NCBI GenBank assembly: GCA_964016885.1
Contig: OZ024749.1
Location: forward strand, 45,136,001 to 45,200,000
DNA length: 64,000 bases
Direction: 5' to 3'
DNA from: Eledone cirrhosa
Taxonomy: Eukaryota
In this document: piece after piece, positions 14,851 to 29,930 of the stretch
How positions within the stretch are numbered: the first letter of the stretch is position 1
How the letters are laid out: each line of letters starts with the position of its first letter
The notes under the pieces: generated by a model
The model's database searches: none
Told to the model about the DNA's origin: nothing
The model's input: only the letters and a program-made list of their open reading frames with translations
Translations under genes and position numbers: made by a program

Positions 14851-17800
14851 AAGAAAGTGATCAAGCGCAGAAATGGAATAATGATAGCTTATAAAATAGA
14901 GTGAAGACCCTTAACAGACGGAACAAATGAAGTTGCCATCGTGTCGATATGTGGAATTGAATCTTTATGCTAAGGAGCCATAAAAAATTTCTTCTCGTCA
15001 TTTTAAATAGATAACTAGACAACTACTAACAACCTCACTACTTCCATGAAAACCACTACAACCACCATGAGGCTACAACCACCGCTGCCATAATCCCACC
15101 TGATCATCAACACCATCAAAACCCCACCAAAAATACCACCGCTACTATCATGAGACGTCTTCTAACAGCCTCACCACTTCCATCAAAACCACCACTAACA
15201 TCAGCAATACCACTACAGCCACCATGAGACCACAACCACTACCGCCATCATCACAACACTTACACCACCATCACTATCACAAGAGCGCAACCACCATCAG
15301 AACCCCCCCCCCCCAACACACAGAGCCTGCCTATAACCTTATATCCTATACCTGACCCACTACGACAGGAATACAGAAAAGAAAACAAGCCAGCAAAGGT
15401 GAATGACTGTAGCAGAAAAAAAAAAACAAACAATAAAACAACACCAACGAAAGAAGTATAAAAACAAAACTGTCAAAAATAATAACAACATATAACAGAA
15501 TAAAACAATAAGACAAGAGAAACTATGTCTTTGCTATCACAATATTTACTGAGCAATTGCCGAAAGCTGCTGTTAGTGTCACTGGAATGTGAGAAGGCGC
15601 GTGGGTAAGTGTGTTTGGCCAGGATTCTGTTCAAATAATTAGATGACTTCCCGCCTCGATGAAAGGTCCATTGTCGCTAGTTTGCCCCCTTTCCTTATGT
15701 GCACCCTGTTTTTTTTCTATTCAGATTATTTATTTTCTTAATTTCTTATACTTTCTTGTGAGTTCTATGTAAGCCGCTACCACCAAGCTGTAACCTCTCT
15801 TTGTAATGTCCCTTTTATCTGATACCTCGGTGACAGAATTTAAAACAAAATCCTCTTTATAAGCATAATTAATATTATTGTTGATTCCTAGAATTTTTAA
15901 AGAGTCGAACGGAATGGTTAGATTCAAACAAGTAAGGTCTTTAGGTTTTGGAGGTCAACTTTACCGGTCATCATTTCATTCAAGATAAAATAAAGTACAA
16001 ACCAAGTACTGCGCTTTCGATATAATCTACTTTCCACTACTTTTAATATTGCTGGCCTTGTACATAACTTAAACATTTTAATATTATTGTCAGTGTATCG
16101 AATAAATGTTTTGTGGTGTTTATTCCGGCTCTTTACAGTAATTCCTCACATTGTTTACAGAAGTTTCTATTGCAATTTTTTTGGAACGTGTCTATGCTTA
16201 TCGTTAATTTGTCAATTTCCTAACAGAAATGATTGTGTATTTTTCTCGTTGTGCCAATTGCAAATGAGACGATTAACACAAACCTCACCTGCCAAGATGG
16301 CTTTAGTTCAAGACATTGGCCGGTGAAATTCCTTAGATTTCAGCACGTTCATTTATAATATAGTCATTTGCTATTATGCTATTATATAATGTCAACATTA
16401 CACTATTGCCATTTCTTTCGGGGAGAATGAAATCAAACCTATTATGTTCTATCTGGTGATCTTTCTGTATGTGCTAACTTCCTATCGTATTTTTACATTA
16501 CTACTTTCTAAAGTAGGTAGAGGTGCATATGAGTACCAGCAAGACTTTTCTGGAAGAAGTTAAAATGGTGTGTGTAGGAGTATTTAAAGCAGTCATATGC
16601 AACCTGCAGCCTCCGAAATTTTAGCTCACCTAAGTCACCTAAGTGAAATCTTTCAGATGTTTTCACCCCAACTTTTCGGTCGTAATTTATCTTTCTATCA
16701 TTTTTACGATCGAAGAAAACAACGTGTACGAATTCTGAAGAAACAAATCAAAACAACCGGACTTACCGCCCCTTCTTTTAATGTGGGCACGAATGTAAAT
16801 TAGCGCTTGCGGCCCGCCTGATAATGATCCACATCTCCTCTGACCCGCTTCTCGAAAAAGGTTACCAATGCTAGATTATTTTCTCAGCAAGTATATAGTT
16901 GCGGAGTACTGGATCCTGATTTCAGAGTCATGTATTAATCCACATGAGTGTTATGTCTTCATCTATGTTGCTAACTCAAAATCAATAGGCACAGAGTGGA
17001 AAGAGTGTTAACCTCTCTGCGTCTGATTTTGAGAAGAATATTCCAAATATAGTATTTAACTTTGTCCGTCTAGGGCCCAATTGAGAATGAAACAGTGACA
17101 TATTACTGGAGGAACTTGTGCATTGGTGTATCTTTTTTAGCAGTTAGCTTTGTTTTAAGTATTAATCTAATACCTGTATAATATTACTTAGTAAACTCTT
17201 CTTTCAGTTTGTGTGCTCTACACTGCAACGTTCAATGATTCCCAGATAATTTTAGATCTGTATTACTAATGCCTTTATCTTTCATTTTATATTTAACGCG
17301 ATATTAGCGTTCTTAATTAATTTTCCTCTTTTTATGGTTGCCTTGTCGCATTTTCTAATACTTATCGCGCATCTGATTCTCTATATCTGCTGTTGTTGTT
17401 GTTGTAATGGTTTGCTGTAGCGTTCTTGTCATTGTTTATTTTTTGTATTGTTTTCTTTTTTGTTTTTGGCTTGGTAAAATAGATAGAAGGTCGGATTTGA
17501 ATACTTAGTAATATTTAGTTACATTATGGACCTAGTACACATCTTGTAAAATTCATTCCGATTGTTTTGATAAAATGAACAGTAATCATGTGATGTCCGT
17601 GTCTCGTAAAATCAGTGTCTTTGTACATATTATACAAATAATTTGCAGTTGATCCCACCGAAGTATATAGTAATGTTTATACCTATAATTGTTGGTACAC
17701 TTGCTTATGTAAATAACTACCGTATTATTAATGTTCAGAAGTTGAACATCACTAGATATACAATGATACGATTAGTTAGGAAATTTCAGATACAAGCCTT

Positions 17801-18008
17801 TTAAAATGACACCGTAAATATATGTAAAACATTATAGAAGTTTACCATCTCTTAAGTGCATTTACACAGTAGTAAAAAGGTGAACATATGTGCCAGTGTA
17901 TGCAATTCATACATGCTATGGCATTGGTGTTTTCGTTTATACGTACATGTGAGCATCCATTCAAGCTTCATACATGAATGCATACATATATCCATACATA
18001 TACAGACA

Positions 18009-18054
<46 letters not shown>

Positions 18055-18062
<8 letters not shown>

Positions 18063-18273
18063 TAACAGATTAAAGTTTAAGCAAAGAATCGCTGCTTTCA
18101 CCCTTAACGGGATCTTCTGAAGATCCCGTTAAGGGTGAAAGCAGCGATTCTTTGCTTAAACTTTAATCTGTTATTTTAATAAATATTTGCTCTACGGTTC
18201 TTATATATTTGATATATATTTATCCTTATCGAGCCCTCTTTGGATTTTAGTCTTCAAATTTATTATTATTACT
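18055..18273 (+). mobile_element. Family C element with perfect 63-bp-arm palindrome (18055-18181)
   Basis: Arms are exact reverse complements around T18118; 18119-18273 closely matches 55256-55411; (TA)n both sides. Confidence 0.85.
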
Positions 18274-18550
18274 ATATATATATATATATATATATACACA
18301 GACACACACACATATATATATATATACATATAAACATACATACGTATGTGATGTTTCTCTAACTGTTGTCCCAGAATGACAAGTTTGGCCACAGATTTTA
18401 GTTTCACTGACCACTAAACTTAACATATTTTTTTAAAGACCAACAAGTGACTTATAAATTTATCTAGAGAAAGGACAAAGGGAAATATATTGATGGCGAT
18501 GATTAAAATGATGTTGATGATGAGGACAACGAATAGGCTGATGACGACGG

Positions 18551-18587
<37 letters not shown>

Positions 18588-19167
18588 GATGAAGACGGTG
18601 ATGATGATGATTATGATGATGATGATGATGATGACGACGATGATGATTATGATGATGAATGCGAAGTTTGAAGGGAATGCCTTTAGAGAATTTGTTTTCT
18701 GATGATTCATAAAAAAAACTATCATTCGACATATTGCGCTACAAACTGATATTTTGGTAAAGCATTAACTTATTTCATTTTATGAGCCGTGTCCCACATT
18801 TTGGTTCAATTCAAGCTGTTGTTTTCAAAACAATTAATTCCCACGCAGACACCATTTTATGATTGAGCTGTTAATAGCTTCCACTTTGGAATGTTTTTAG
18901 TTTTGCATTCATTAATTTGACATTATATATAAAGAAGTTTCTGTTCCACTAAATTTGGATAGTTATCAAGTTTATATTCATACATACAGTGTACAGACCA
19001 GTAGATATGATAATTAAATGGAGGATATTATGTTGATTTTCAAGATGAGCCATTCATTGACTTTCCAATTGAACTGGTATCAATTATCGCCTTCATTATG
19101 GAAACTAAACGTGTACTACATGAAATATAGTTGGCATGCCCATAAACGTATATATATATATGAATAT

Positions 19168-19330
19168 ATTAAAATAACAGATTAAAGTTGTAAGCAAAAA
19201 GCAAAGAATCGCTGCTTCCACACTTAACGGTATATTCTGAAACTTTTTTTTTTTTAGTTTTAGAAGATCCCGTTAAGGGTGAAAGAACCGATTCTTTGCT
19301 TAAACTTTAATCTGTTATTTTAATAAATAT
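19168..19330. mobile_element. Family C element, inverted-repeat copy with poly-T spacer
   Basis: Arms match 18055-18181 with several substitutions. Confidence 0.8.
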
Positions 19331-19388
19331 ATATATATATGAGAGTATTGAAGTTTGCTTGAAGCATTGTGGAACAATAAGTAAATAT

Positions 19389-19667
19389 ATATTAATTCCA
19401 AATATTAATAAATATAGACATTCATGTAATCAAATATATTTTATATATATTTCGGAGGTACTGTACTGTTTCCTCAGTACGTCCTCATCAGATACTGCCA
19501 AGACTGGAATTGAACCATCAGCACAGTTGAGGTATGTCATATAACAATTTATACATTTTATCTGATGAGGACGTACTGAGGAAACAGCACAGTACCTCCG
19601 AAATATATATAATAAAATATATTTGATTACATGAATGTTTATATTTATTAATATTTTGAATTAATAT
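19389..19667 (+). mobile_element. Family D element, ~105-bp inverted repeats (19389-19494 / 19559-19667)
   Basis: Reverse-complement arms read directly; second copy at 29956-30130. Confidence 0.8.
19555..19618 (+). ncRNA. Minimal type-I hammerhead ribozyme (family D)
   Basis: Stem I ATTTTAT/ATAAAAT; core CTGATGA; stem II GGA-C-GTACTG...CAGTAC-C-TCC; GAAA; palindromic stem III ATATATAT; NUH = AUA. Confidence 0.75.
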
Positions 19668-19784
19668 TAATAACTCCAGAAACATTTTTTTTAACTGTTG
19701 AGTGCTTCTAATCTATTGTAAAACTATATTCATTGATTAATCAATGAACCCTGTTTAACTTTTGGTCATATATATATATACATA

Positions 19785-19920
19785 GTCCAGAATTAGCCGT
19801 CGAAACGGCTTGAGCTCAGCCGTCGGGGTCCTACTCGTTCCTATTACCCACTCTACTACCCTAAGTATTGAGTACTTTGGTGCGTTATGGTCCACCTGGT
19901 TCCTTACCACATTTCCTTCG

Positions 19921-19922
<2 letters not shown>
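19785..19922 (+). mobile_element. Family E short TA-flanked element
   Basis: TAGCCGTCGAAACGGCTTGAGCT...TACCCACTCTACTACCCTAAG...GTTATGGTCCACCTGG; related pieces at 45143-45228, 46794-46897, 51027-51051, 55471-55550, 59512-59562, 61744-61935. Confidence 0.75.
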
Positions 19923-19964
<42 letters not shown>

Positions 19965-20347
19965 GCGCGCACATAATTAACGCCCATATGCTCAAATACT
20001 CTTGCACATACGCAGGCATACATTCACAAAAATATACACAATGACACAGAAGAGAAATAAAGGCTTATTCTGGTGGACGATTGGTGTGATAAATCATGAA
20101 TGCAGAAAACGCAATATTGAAGTTACCATGAATAAATGAAATGAGATATGTCACGCGTTAACCAACGATATAATGCATATACTTTCAAATAAGCCATGTG
20201 CGTAGCTAGAGACTGACATACGTAATTATATTAACTGTGTGACTACGTACGTATTGATGTATATCTGATGTAATTGCATATGTGAATGGAGGTGTGTTTG
20301 TGTGAAGGTATGTACTTATATATAGTTGTGAAAATACGGAAATATTT

Positions 20348-20484
<137 letters not shown>

Positions 20485-20485
20485 A

Positions 20486-20607
<122 letters not shown>

Positions 20608-20621
20608 CGAGTTTAGTATAA

Positions 20622-20760
20622 ATAATTACAGCAGGTACATAAACAGGTACTCAAGTTTCGTTGGGTTCTGGGTCCCAATTCATTCATACTGTCATGAGAA
20701 AAATAAACCTTTCTGTTTACATGAAACTTGTGATACTGTTTATGTCACTGTTGTAATTAT
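20622..20760. mobile_element. Short inverted-repeat element with decayed HHR motif (family N)
   Basis: IR 20622-20659 / 20723-20760; minus strand TTGGG..CCCAAC GAAA CTTGAG TA CCTG. Confidence 0.5.
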
Positions 20761-21390
20761 ATATATATATATAGGTATAAAGAAAGTGTTTTATCGCAGG
20801 AATATTTAATGACGGAAAGCGGAAAAAGAAGTTGCCATCGGCTTCTATGAGTAATTGAGCCCCATATTTTCTAGATGCCGGCTTGCTAAATATCTGTGGC
20901 ACGGCATAGGGAGATAACTGCCTACTCCAAACACTCGTTATATATAACTAGAATTAGTTTAATCACGTGATATTAAGTAAATGTAATAAACACAAATTCA
21001 AATGGGGATAGTGATGGACATTTAAGACGTATTTAACGGAAATGAGGGGACGCGGAGAGTTTAAAAAAATCAATTAAGTGGTAATAGGTGTGGGAAGTAT
21101 TTACTCCATGATATTTTAAACATATATATCTCATATTTGAAAAATATACGCGATATCTGTTAATGAAAATTCTTACTCCTATATGAAGCGAAAGTATCAA
21201 AACACTGGTTTTGTTTTTAAAAGCCGGTAATAACGGTGAAATCTGAAATAAAGTCATTAGCAGCAAATACTATATTGACTATAACAAGCATATGGGACTT
21301 CATTACATAAGTGTCTTTATCATATTAACTTATAAAAACACACACACATGTGCAGACACACAGACACATTTATATCCTTCTCTCTCTTTC

Positions 21391-21458
<68 letters not shown>

Positions 21459-21554
21459 ACTAACTATCTATCTATCTCCCTCTCTCTATATATATATGCA
21501 TATATTCATCATTTTTTGTATATTTGAGACATACATTTCTTCTCCAATCATTCT

Positions 21555-22242
21555 CTTCTTCTTCTTCTTCTTCTTCTTCTTCTTCTTCTTCTTCTTCTTC
21601 TTCTTCTTCTTCTTCTTCTTCTTCTTCTTCTTCTTCTTCTTCTTCTTCTTCTTCTTCCACTTAAACTGTATTGTGGATACATTTCAGTGCAAATCAACTA
21701 ATTCCTTATACAAGAACGGAAATTGCTACCGTTGTAGTCAACATGTTAGCTATTATGATTTCCGTGCCAGAACAAAAGATAATCATTGAGAAAAACAAAA
21801 CGAAACAGTGAAAAACAAGAAATCATAGAAAACAACAGAAGAACAATCATTTATATAATTCCTACATTGAGTACTACTACTAGTAATGATATTACTGTTG
21901 TTGTTACTACTACTATTATTACTGATGATGTTGTTACTGTTGTTGCTGCTGCTGCTACTACTACTACTATTGTTGTTATTATTATTATTATTATGGCTCT
22001 TGTGGCCAATAAAGTAACCATTATTATTATTATAATTATTATTATTGTCCCTCCGATGTCTCCCCCCTATTGGGGAATTTTTCTTTGTTATTTTTATTAC
22101 ATCCTCTGTTTTTGTTTTTTTACACGCAGAAATTCCCATTTGTCCCGTCCTGTATTGTCCTGTACTGTCCTTAATGTCTACTTTATGTAAACCCTTGTGG
22201 TTAATAAAGACAGTATTATTATTATTGTTGTTATTATTATTA

Positions 22243-22276
<34 letters not shown>

Positions 22277-22305
22277 TGATGCTGTTGCTACTACTACTGC
22301 TTCTG

Positions 22306-22380
<75 letters not shown>

Positions 22381-22688
22381 ATACTACTACTACTACTACT
22401 ATTGCTGCTGCTGCTGCGACTTCTGTTGAGGATGATGCTGATGCTGCTGTTTGTAATACTACGTGTAACAACAACAATAACAACAACAACAACAACAACA
22501 GCAACAACAATATTGATGACGAAAATTGATATGAAAAACAACTGCTAGCTTAGAAATAGCAGACAACAATACAACAATAACGATGAACAGGACGACGATG
22601 ATAATGATTATGATGGTGATGATGATGATGATGGTGATGGTGATGATGATGACGATTATGATGATGATGATGATGATGATGATGGTGG

Positions 22689-22720
<32 letters not shown>

Positions 22721-23122
22721 GTGGTGATGGTGATGATGATGATGGTGAGGATGGTGATGGTGATGGTGATGGTGATGGTGATGATGATCATGATCATGAT
22801 GATCATGATGACGATCATGATGAGGATGATCATGATCATGATCATGTTGATGGAGGTCGTGACGATGATAATGATTATGATGATGATGGTGATGATGGTG
22901 ATGACGATGATGATGGAGGTTGTGATGATGATACTGATTATGATGATGAGGGTGATGATGATGATGACGATGATGATGATGTTCATGACGATGATGATGA
23001 TGATGATGGAGGTCATGATGATGATAATGATAATGATGGTGAAGAAGACGAAGATGATGATGACATTGGTGTAATGACTGCAGTCAGCTGGAAACATAAT
23101 AACAACAACAACAACAACAACG
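21555..23122. repeat. Cluster of trinucleotide microsatellites (CTT, ACT, ATT, AAC, GAT)
   Basis: Direct reading; source of the poly-E/S/N/I/M ORFs. Confidence 0.95.
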
Positions 23123-23208
23123 GCAACAAGACCGACAAATAGCATATTCTTCGAAAAACATAAAAGTCATAAACACACACACACACAAACAGGCACACAC
23201 AACATTAC

Positions 23209-23278
<70 letters not shown>

Positions 23279-23288
23279 TGTATGTGTC

Positions 23289-23367
<79 letters not shown>

Positions 23368-23370
23368 ATA

Positions 23371-23507
23371 TCCCGGGTTCAATCGTTGGTAACCACAGTA
23401 AGTAAGGTACTCAATACATAGCAGAGTATAAATATTTAATATAGATATGGCTTCTACAGGACTAGAACTGTTTCATTCGAAGGAAATCATCAGGATGATG
23501 ATTGTGT

Positions 23508-23508
<1 letters not shown>
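23371..23508 (-). mobile_element. Family B HHR-bearing short element
   Basis: Homologous to 30161-30297 and 14742-14850; (TA)n on both sides. Confidence 0.75.
23451..23497 (-). ncRNA. Type-I hammerhead ribozyme variant (family B)
   Basis: Minus strand CATC-CTGATGA-T.TTC.CTTC.GAA.T-GAAA-CAG.TTCTAGTC.CTG-TA-GAAG; stem III ACAG/CTGT, GUA site; stem I weak (3 of 4 pairs). Confidence 0.6.
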
Positions 23509-23543
<35 letters not shown>

Positions 23544-23554
23544 CGTACGTATTT

Positions 23555-23630
<76 letters not shown>

Positions 23631-23728
23631 TTATATATATATGTGTGTGTATATATATATATTTGTGTGTATATATATATATATATATACTGTATATATG
23701 CATATATGTATATATATGAATATATATT

Positions 23729-23840
<112 letters not shown>

Positions 23841-23866
23841 TGTATGCATGTATGTAAAGACGAACA

Positions 23867-23951
<85 letters not shown>

Positions 23952-24358
23952 TGAAATAGAGAGATACAGAGAGAAAGTGAGATAGATAGAGAGCGATAAA
24001 GAGAGAGGGGGTGAGATGCTGAAAAATAGCAACGAGAAGGACAACCACCATGACAAGAGCAATAAACAACGTCTATAACAATGACAACAACAACATTGAT
24101 TAGATCTGAACAAAATGGCTTGCCAAACCTAAAGATCGGCCAATGGGTCAAGTAATTGGTACTGCGAACTACCACACCAACAATCAGATGATCGTATTGA
24201 TGATGATGATGAAGTTAATGATATTGCTGGGAGCGGGGAGGCCTGATGATTTTGTTGTTGGGGGCGGGGAGCCTTGATGGTAATGTTGTTGGGAGCGGGG
24301 AGGCCTGATGATAATGTTGATAGAGGTGGTGATGATTATGGTGAAATTGATGGTGATT

Positions 24359-24394
<36 letters not shown>

Positions 24395-24564
24395 GTGATG
24401 ATAAATTTTGTTTTTTGCTGTGATGAAGAGGTTGGTATGTGTAGTGATGGTGATGGTGATGATTATAACGTTGATTGGTGTGTTAGTGGTGGGGATGATG
24501 ATGATGATGATGATATTATAGGTGGTGACAATTATGGTAATTGCCATGAAGCTGATTATAGTTT

Positions 24565-24616
<52 letters not shown>

Positions 24617-24707
24617 TATATGGGTGTGTATAAGTGTGTGTGTGTGTGTTTATGTGTGTATGTAAATATACGTATATAAATATATAAATAAATATATATA
24701 TATTTAT

Positions 24708-24769
<62 letters not shown>

Positions 24770-25307
24770 TATATATAAAAGCAGTCATACAAATACAAAT
24801 TACGAAAGCAATAAATAGACAAATCAAACAAAATTTAAAAAATGTATACAAAGAAAATAAAGTAAAAATTAAAGTAAAGAAAAAAAAACAAGAACACTTT
24901 ATGATGGATTGGAAGGAAATTGGGGTTGTAAAGGAAATGGCGGAGTTAGACACATCAGTTAAAGAATGTACATGGTGACATCATAGGATATATATCTGCC
25001 ATATCAAATATCCCTCAGTTCTTCTCTACGTATCTATATGATCAGACTTTGGAGGAAGGAGTGGGTGATTCATAGTACATATAGTCCCTCATCCGTAACA
25101 GGGCTCAACTCTGAAACATTACACATTATAGATTAGTTTAGGATCAACTAAAAACAATTAAAAACATACTTATGTACAATGTGATACATGCAAACATGCG
25201 AAGACACACATTTATTCACAAGCTCACACCGCAAGGCACGCTCCCATATATATATACACACATATATGTTTGTATATGTGTGTAGTAAGAATATATTATA
25301 TTCATAG

Positions 25308-25487
25308 TGGATTGGCAATATCGGTAGAAGTTCGGACGCCATGTTTTGCAGCATAGAGTTACACACCTTTACTGCCTGAGTTCAAATCCCACCGCCTTTA
25401 ACTTTCATCGTTACGGGGTCGATAAAATAAAGCACCAGTAATGCACTGGGATAATTGCTGGCCTTGTACCTAAAGTAGAAACAAATA
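25308..25487 (+). mobile_element. Main SINE
   Basis: A/B boxes, core and tail. Confidence 0.85.
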
Positions 25488-26449
25488 TATATTTGTTGGG
25501 TAGCTAAATTGATACATATCATCACTTTTCAGATATTAAGTCACATGAGTCTCCTCAAAATGAAAATTCTGAACAGGTTTGATGTTGGGATAGGATGACT
25601 AGAGTTGCCCTCATGTGCCTTCATATATTTCTATCCTATATTGTTATGCCTTCCGTAGTATTAGTGGATTCTTTAAAAAAAACCAAAAGAAAAAAAAAAC
25701 AATATCTACCACGGGATATTATATCGTGACCGCACAGAAAGCGCAACCTTTTGTAGTTAGCTTATGTTATGCCTCAATTTGACTATAATTTTCTCTCGAA
25801 CCACAGAAGATTTCCATAGTTTTAATCACTGCTATTTTCCCTCGAATTGTAAATATATTTTCAGCCTAAATTAAATTGAGTTTAGCTATTCAACACGTAG
25901 AACAACTACATATAAAGCACAATGAATAATGCTCAAGCTTCTTTCTCATAATTCACGTTTTTTATTGGTTGACTGTGTATAACAGTAAAACTAGGATTTA
26001 TAGGTATAAATAAACCTTTCTTTAAATACAAAATGAAAATTACAACTCTATTATCGAAATATATTTGTCTCGTAAATGTGACAATCCAGTATTGGTTTCA
26101 TATCAATCAGTCCGTTTTGTATCTCACCATCATGGAAGGTTGATATCTAGGATTACTGCCAGGTAAACGAGAAGCTGTTCATTTATCACAGTATCCATGT
26201 CTTTGAATTTTTTAAAATTGAGAATTAATTATTTAGAATGTTTTCTGAATGTTTTATGAAAATATGCAATGTTTTTTTCTTTTTATATTCATCACTATCT
26301 CCCTATGAGCGATGTATCGATTTTCAAGAATGAACTACCAATCAATATAAATAACAATGTATTTGCCTTCCATGTTATATAGTCTTTTTTCTATTTTTAT
26401 TCACATAATTCACAATTTGCGTCCAAGAACATATATATGTGTATGTGTG

Positions 26450-26511
<62 letters not shown>

Positions 26512-26859
26512 TACACACACACAAATATATATCATTATTGATGGGATTCAGGCTTTGAGGAATAGAGAGAAATATAATGTGCTACAAAAGTTATTTATGT
26601 CATTTTATTTCAACAGAGGTGAAATTCTGAGATTGCAGAAGCTCCAAGAATGTGAAGGGATTTGCGCAATGGTATACAATAGTTGGGTTAGATCAAGTGA
26701 CGATTAACTCTGTCCCAGTACTTACCTATTGCTATAATTTTTCGACACCTCATAGATTAAAGGAAAGTACAATCGGAGAGAGATATGAAACGCAGAGTAG
26801 TTTGGCGGACAGTGTAATGGTTCTCGCCTAAAATGGCCTATGCTTACATTTATATATAT

Positions 26860-27037
26860 TTAGTTTTGCGAGGTTTTTGATATGAAATCGTGTGTCGAAA
26901 CAAATATTGTTATACTTGGGGAGGGTCATATTTGTGTAATAATATTGCCAGAATTAATAACAGAACACACTCATTGTTTGGTTGGTTTTCGCTTCTGTGT
27001 TTTTTATATCGGATAATTTAATTTATTCGGTCCTCAA
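26860..27037 (+). mobile_element. Family G element flanked by ~80-bp direct repeats
   Basis: Direct repeats 26757-26841 and 27039-27119; internal part matches 10608-10745 and (inverted) 41781-41820. Confidence 0.6.
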
Positions 27038-27619
27038 TTAAAGGAAATAATCGAAGGGAGATATGAAGCTCAGAATAGTTTGCCGGACACTGTAATGGTT
27101 CTCGCCTAAAATGGCCTATATATATTTAAATACGTACATATATATGCAGAGGAAGTCACAGATATAAATATGTAATTAGATGAGAAATTTATGCACAGAC
27201 ACATGAGTTAATTAATGATATTCATAAACATAGAAATATATAGGAAAAAATCCCACACGTGTATTATACTGAGAGATATAGAGAGTGTGAGATTCTGTTT
27301 GTTTGAACGGAGACGGGTGTGAGATAGAGACAAAGAGAAATATTTTAAATCTATTAGGTGCATTCGTACAAACCTATAAATGCGCTGAGCGCCATCAAAT
27401 GTACGAAAATTCGATTGAAGAACAGCTGCACGGTTCGATCCGTCCATAAATGTTAAGTGTACTTGTATTTTTGAGTGCGTCTGAACCACAATATGCTTTA
27501 CCAACATGTGTGTGCGTGTGAATATATATATATATTCTAACGTATACTTATATGGATACATATATATGTATATACATATATATATAAATATAAATAAATA
27601 TATATATATATATATATAA

Positions 27620-27757
<138 letters not shown>

Positions 27758-28197
27758 ACATACATACACACATATACATATGTATATATAAATATATATA
27801 TACATTCATATATATACATATACATTCATATATATATATATATACATATATACATATATGCATAATCAATTTTAACAACTCGGTGGGTGTTTATATGTAA
27901 CTGCTTCAGTTATTTCGATTTATTGATTAAATTATTCACATATACATGTGGTTTGTATTTTCTTGTTTTATATTAAACTTTATTTATTTATATTTTTACT
28001 TATCGATCGTAGCTCAACTGGATGACATATGTATCAATAGACCTCTCCAGGAAACTTCAAAATAACATCTACTTAAATATATTGTATTTAATGATTTATT
28101 TTACCACTTTGATTTTTACATTTAACTTCTGTTTCCGTTGCTCCTATAACAATGAGAATGCTTATTATATGTATTATCTATACACAATTTGCGATTA

Positions 28198-28276
<79 letters not shown>

Positions 28277-28568
28277 ATGTGTGTGTGTGTGTGCATATAT
28301 GTATGTATGTATATATATATATATATGTATCTATGTATATGTGTGTGTATGTGTGTGTGTGTGTGCATATATGTATGTATAGATATATGTATCTATGTAT
28401 ATGTGTGTATCTATATATATATCTGTGTGTGAGTGTGAGTGTATACACTGAGGGAGGGTGAGAGGAGAAAATGCATGATAGCTATATATGTAAATATATT
28501 CTTATAAAATGGATAAATACTAAAACACAGAATTATGTTTATATATATTTGAAATATTTGTTTGCATG

Positions 28569-28655
<87 letters not shown>

Positions 28656-28779
28656 TTTATATTTATTACTGATTATGTACAATAACCATGTTTATTTTAA
28701 TGTATATTCCTTGATTTTTTCCCTCTCATTTCGTTTATTTTGTGCATATATTATTAACGACATAATAACGGTTTTTTAT

Positions 28780-28980
28780 ATAGGCACAAGGCTAGTCATT
28801 TTGGGGGAGGGGAAAGTCGATTGTATCGACCCCAGCTCATTAACGGTACTTTATTTTATCGACCCCGCGAGTTAGAAAAGCAAAGCTGACCTCGTCAAGA
28901 TTTGAATTCAGGACTTCAAATGACTTAACTATATGCCACAAAGTATCTTTTAGGACGCTCTACCAATACTGCCAATACAC
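28780..28980 (-). mobile_element. Main SINE (longer subtype with CTTCCCCTCCCCCAAA insert)
   Basis: Reverse complement of core GGTACTTTATTTTATCGACCCC and head TACTGCCAAT. Confidence 0.8.
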
Positions 28981-29367
28981 TACCCATACTCTGTCAAATG
29001 GTAATAATTTCTTATCTGGAAATCAGACATCAAATTTATGGGGTGGGTAATGTCGATTAAATTGACCTTAATACTCGACTGTTACTATACATTTACTGTC
29101 CGTAGATAGAAGAATAAAAGGCAATGTTGACCTCAGTATTTTAACTCGGAAAATAAAGAACCACAACTGAATTCTGCAAAACCTGTTGTGCAAGCAACTC
29201 TTCTAAATTATTTATGATCTCCGCTCTATAGTGTATACACTTATCACGTTTAAAAGAGGACACCATTAAAATATGATTCTTAGATTCCTAATGTATGATC
29301 GTGGCATGTTAAATATAACACTATAAACACTCGTGTATCCTCTGAATGAGTTTTGGCTATTTAATAT

Positions 29368-29760
29368 CTATTTATCTAGGGCGGGTAAAATTCGCGAGAT
29401 CCATGCCATGTCCTGCGTCTCGAAGAGAACAGTGTCGGCCCTTAGGGCATCAACATATGTCAACCTCGGTCTTCCTCTTTCATTGTGTCCATGCAGGGGC
29501 TCCCACAGGAGCATTGAGTGCAGTGTCAACTCTAAATATCGGTGAGCATGTCCAGCTAACCTCAGTCTCCTCTGTGTTCCTTTCGAGCTGACATTTGGGA
29601 GGCTCCAGCACAGCTCTGAGTTCTTCATCCTCAGTGTATACTGATTAATCTTCAGAGCCATCCTCATCATTCTTGTGTTGCACTAATCCACCATCTGAGT
29701 GAGTGTCTTGGTCAGTATCCAAGTCTCAGACCCATACAGCGGCACAGACTCCACTATGGA
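29368..29760 (-). mobile_element. 3' fragment of an RTE-clade LINE ORF
   Basis: Minus-strand VESVPLYGSETW..., RMMRMALKI..., RRLRLAGH, LLWEPLHG..RGRPRLTYVD, typical of the RTE C-terminus. Confidence 0.85.
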
Positions 29761-29930
29761 GATGCTACATGTACCACGGTCGAGCTAATCAATTACAATA
29801 ATTATCGTTCAATTCTGTGCTCTAGCATGGCCGTCGTCTAAAAAACAAATGCACTGCAAGTATTGTATATATGCACATACTTTCACCATTGCATTTTTCT
29901 TTTTCAAGTTTACCTAGAATACAAAAATTA

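Noticed and set aside
18117-18160. Canonical CTGAAGA hammerhead on the plus arm of the palindrome
   Set aside because: The T comes from the inversion junction; other family C arms have A at this position, and stem I is missing here
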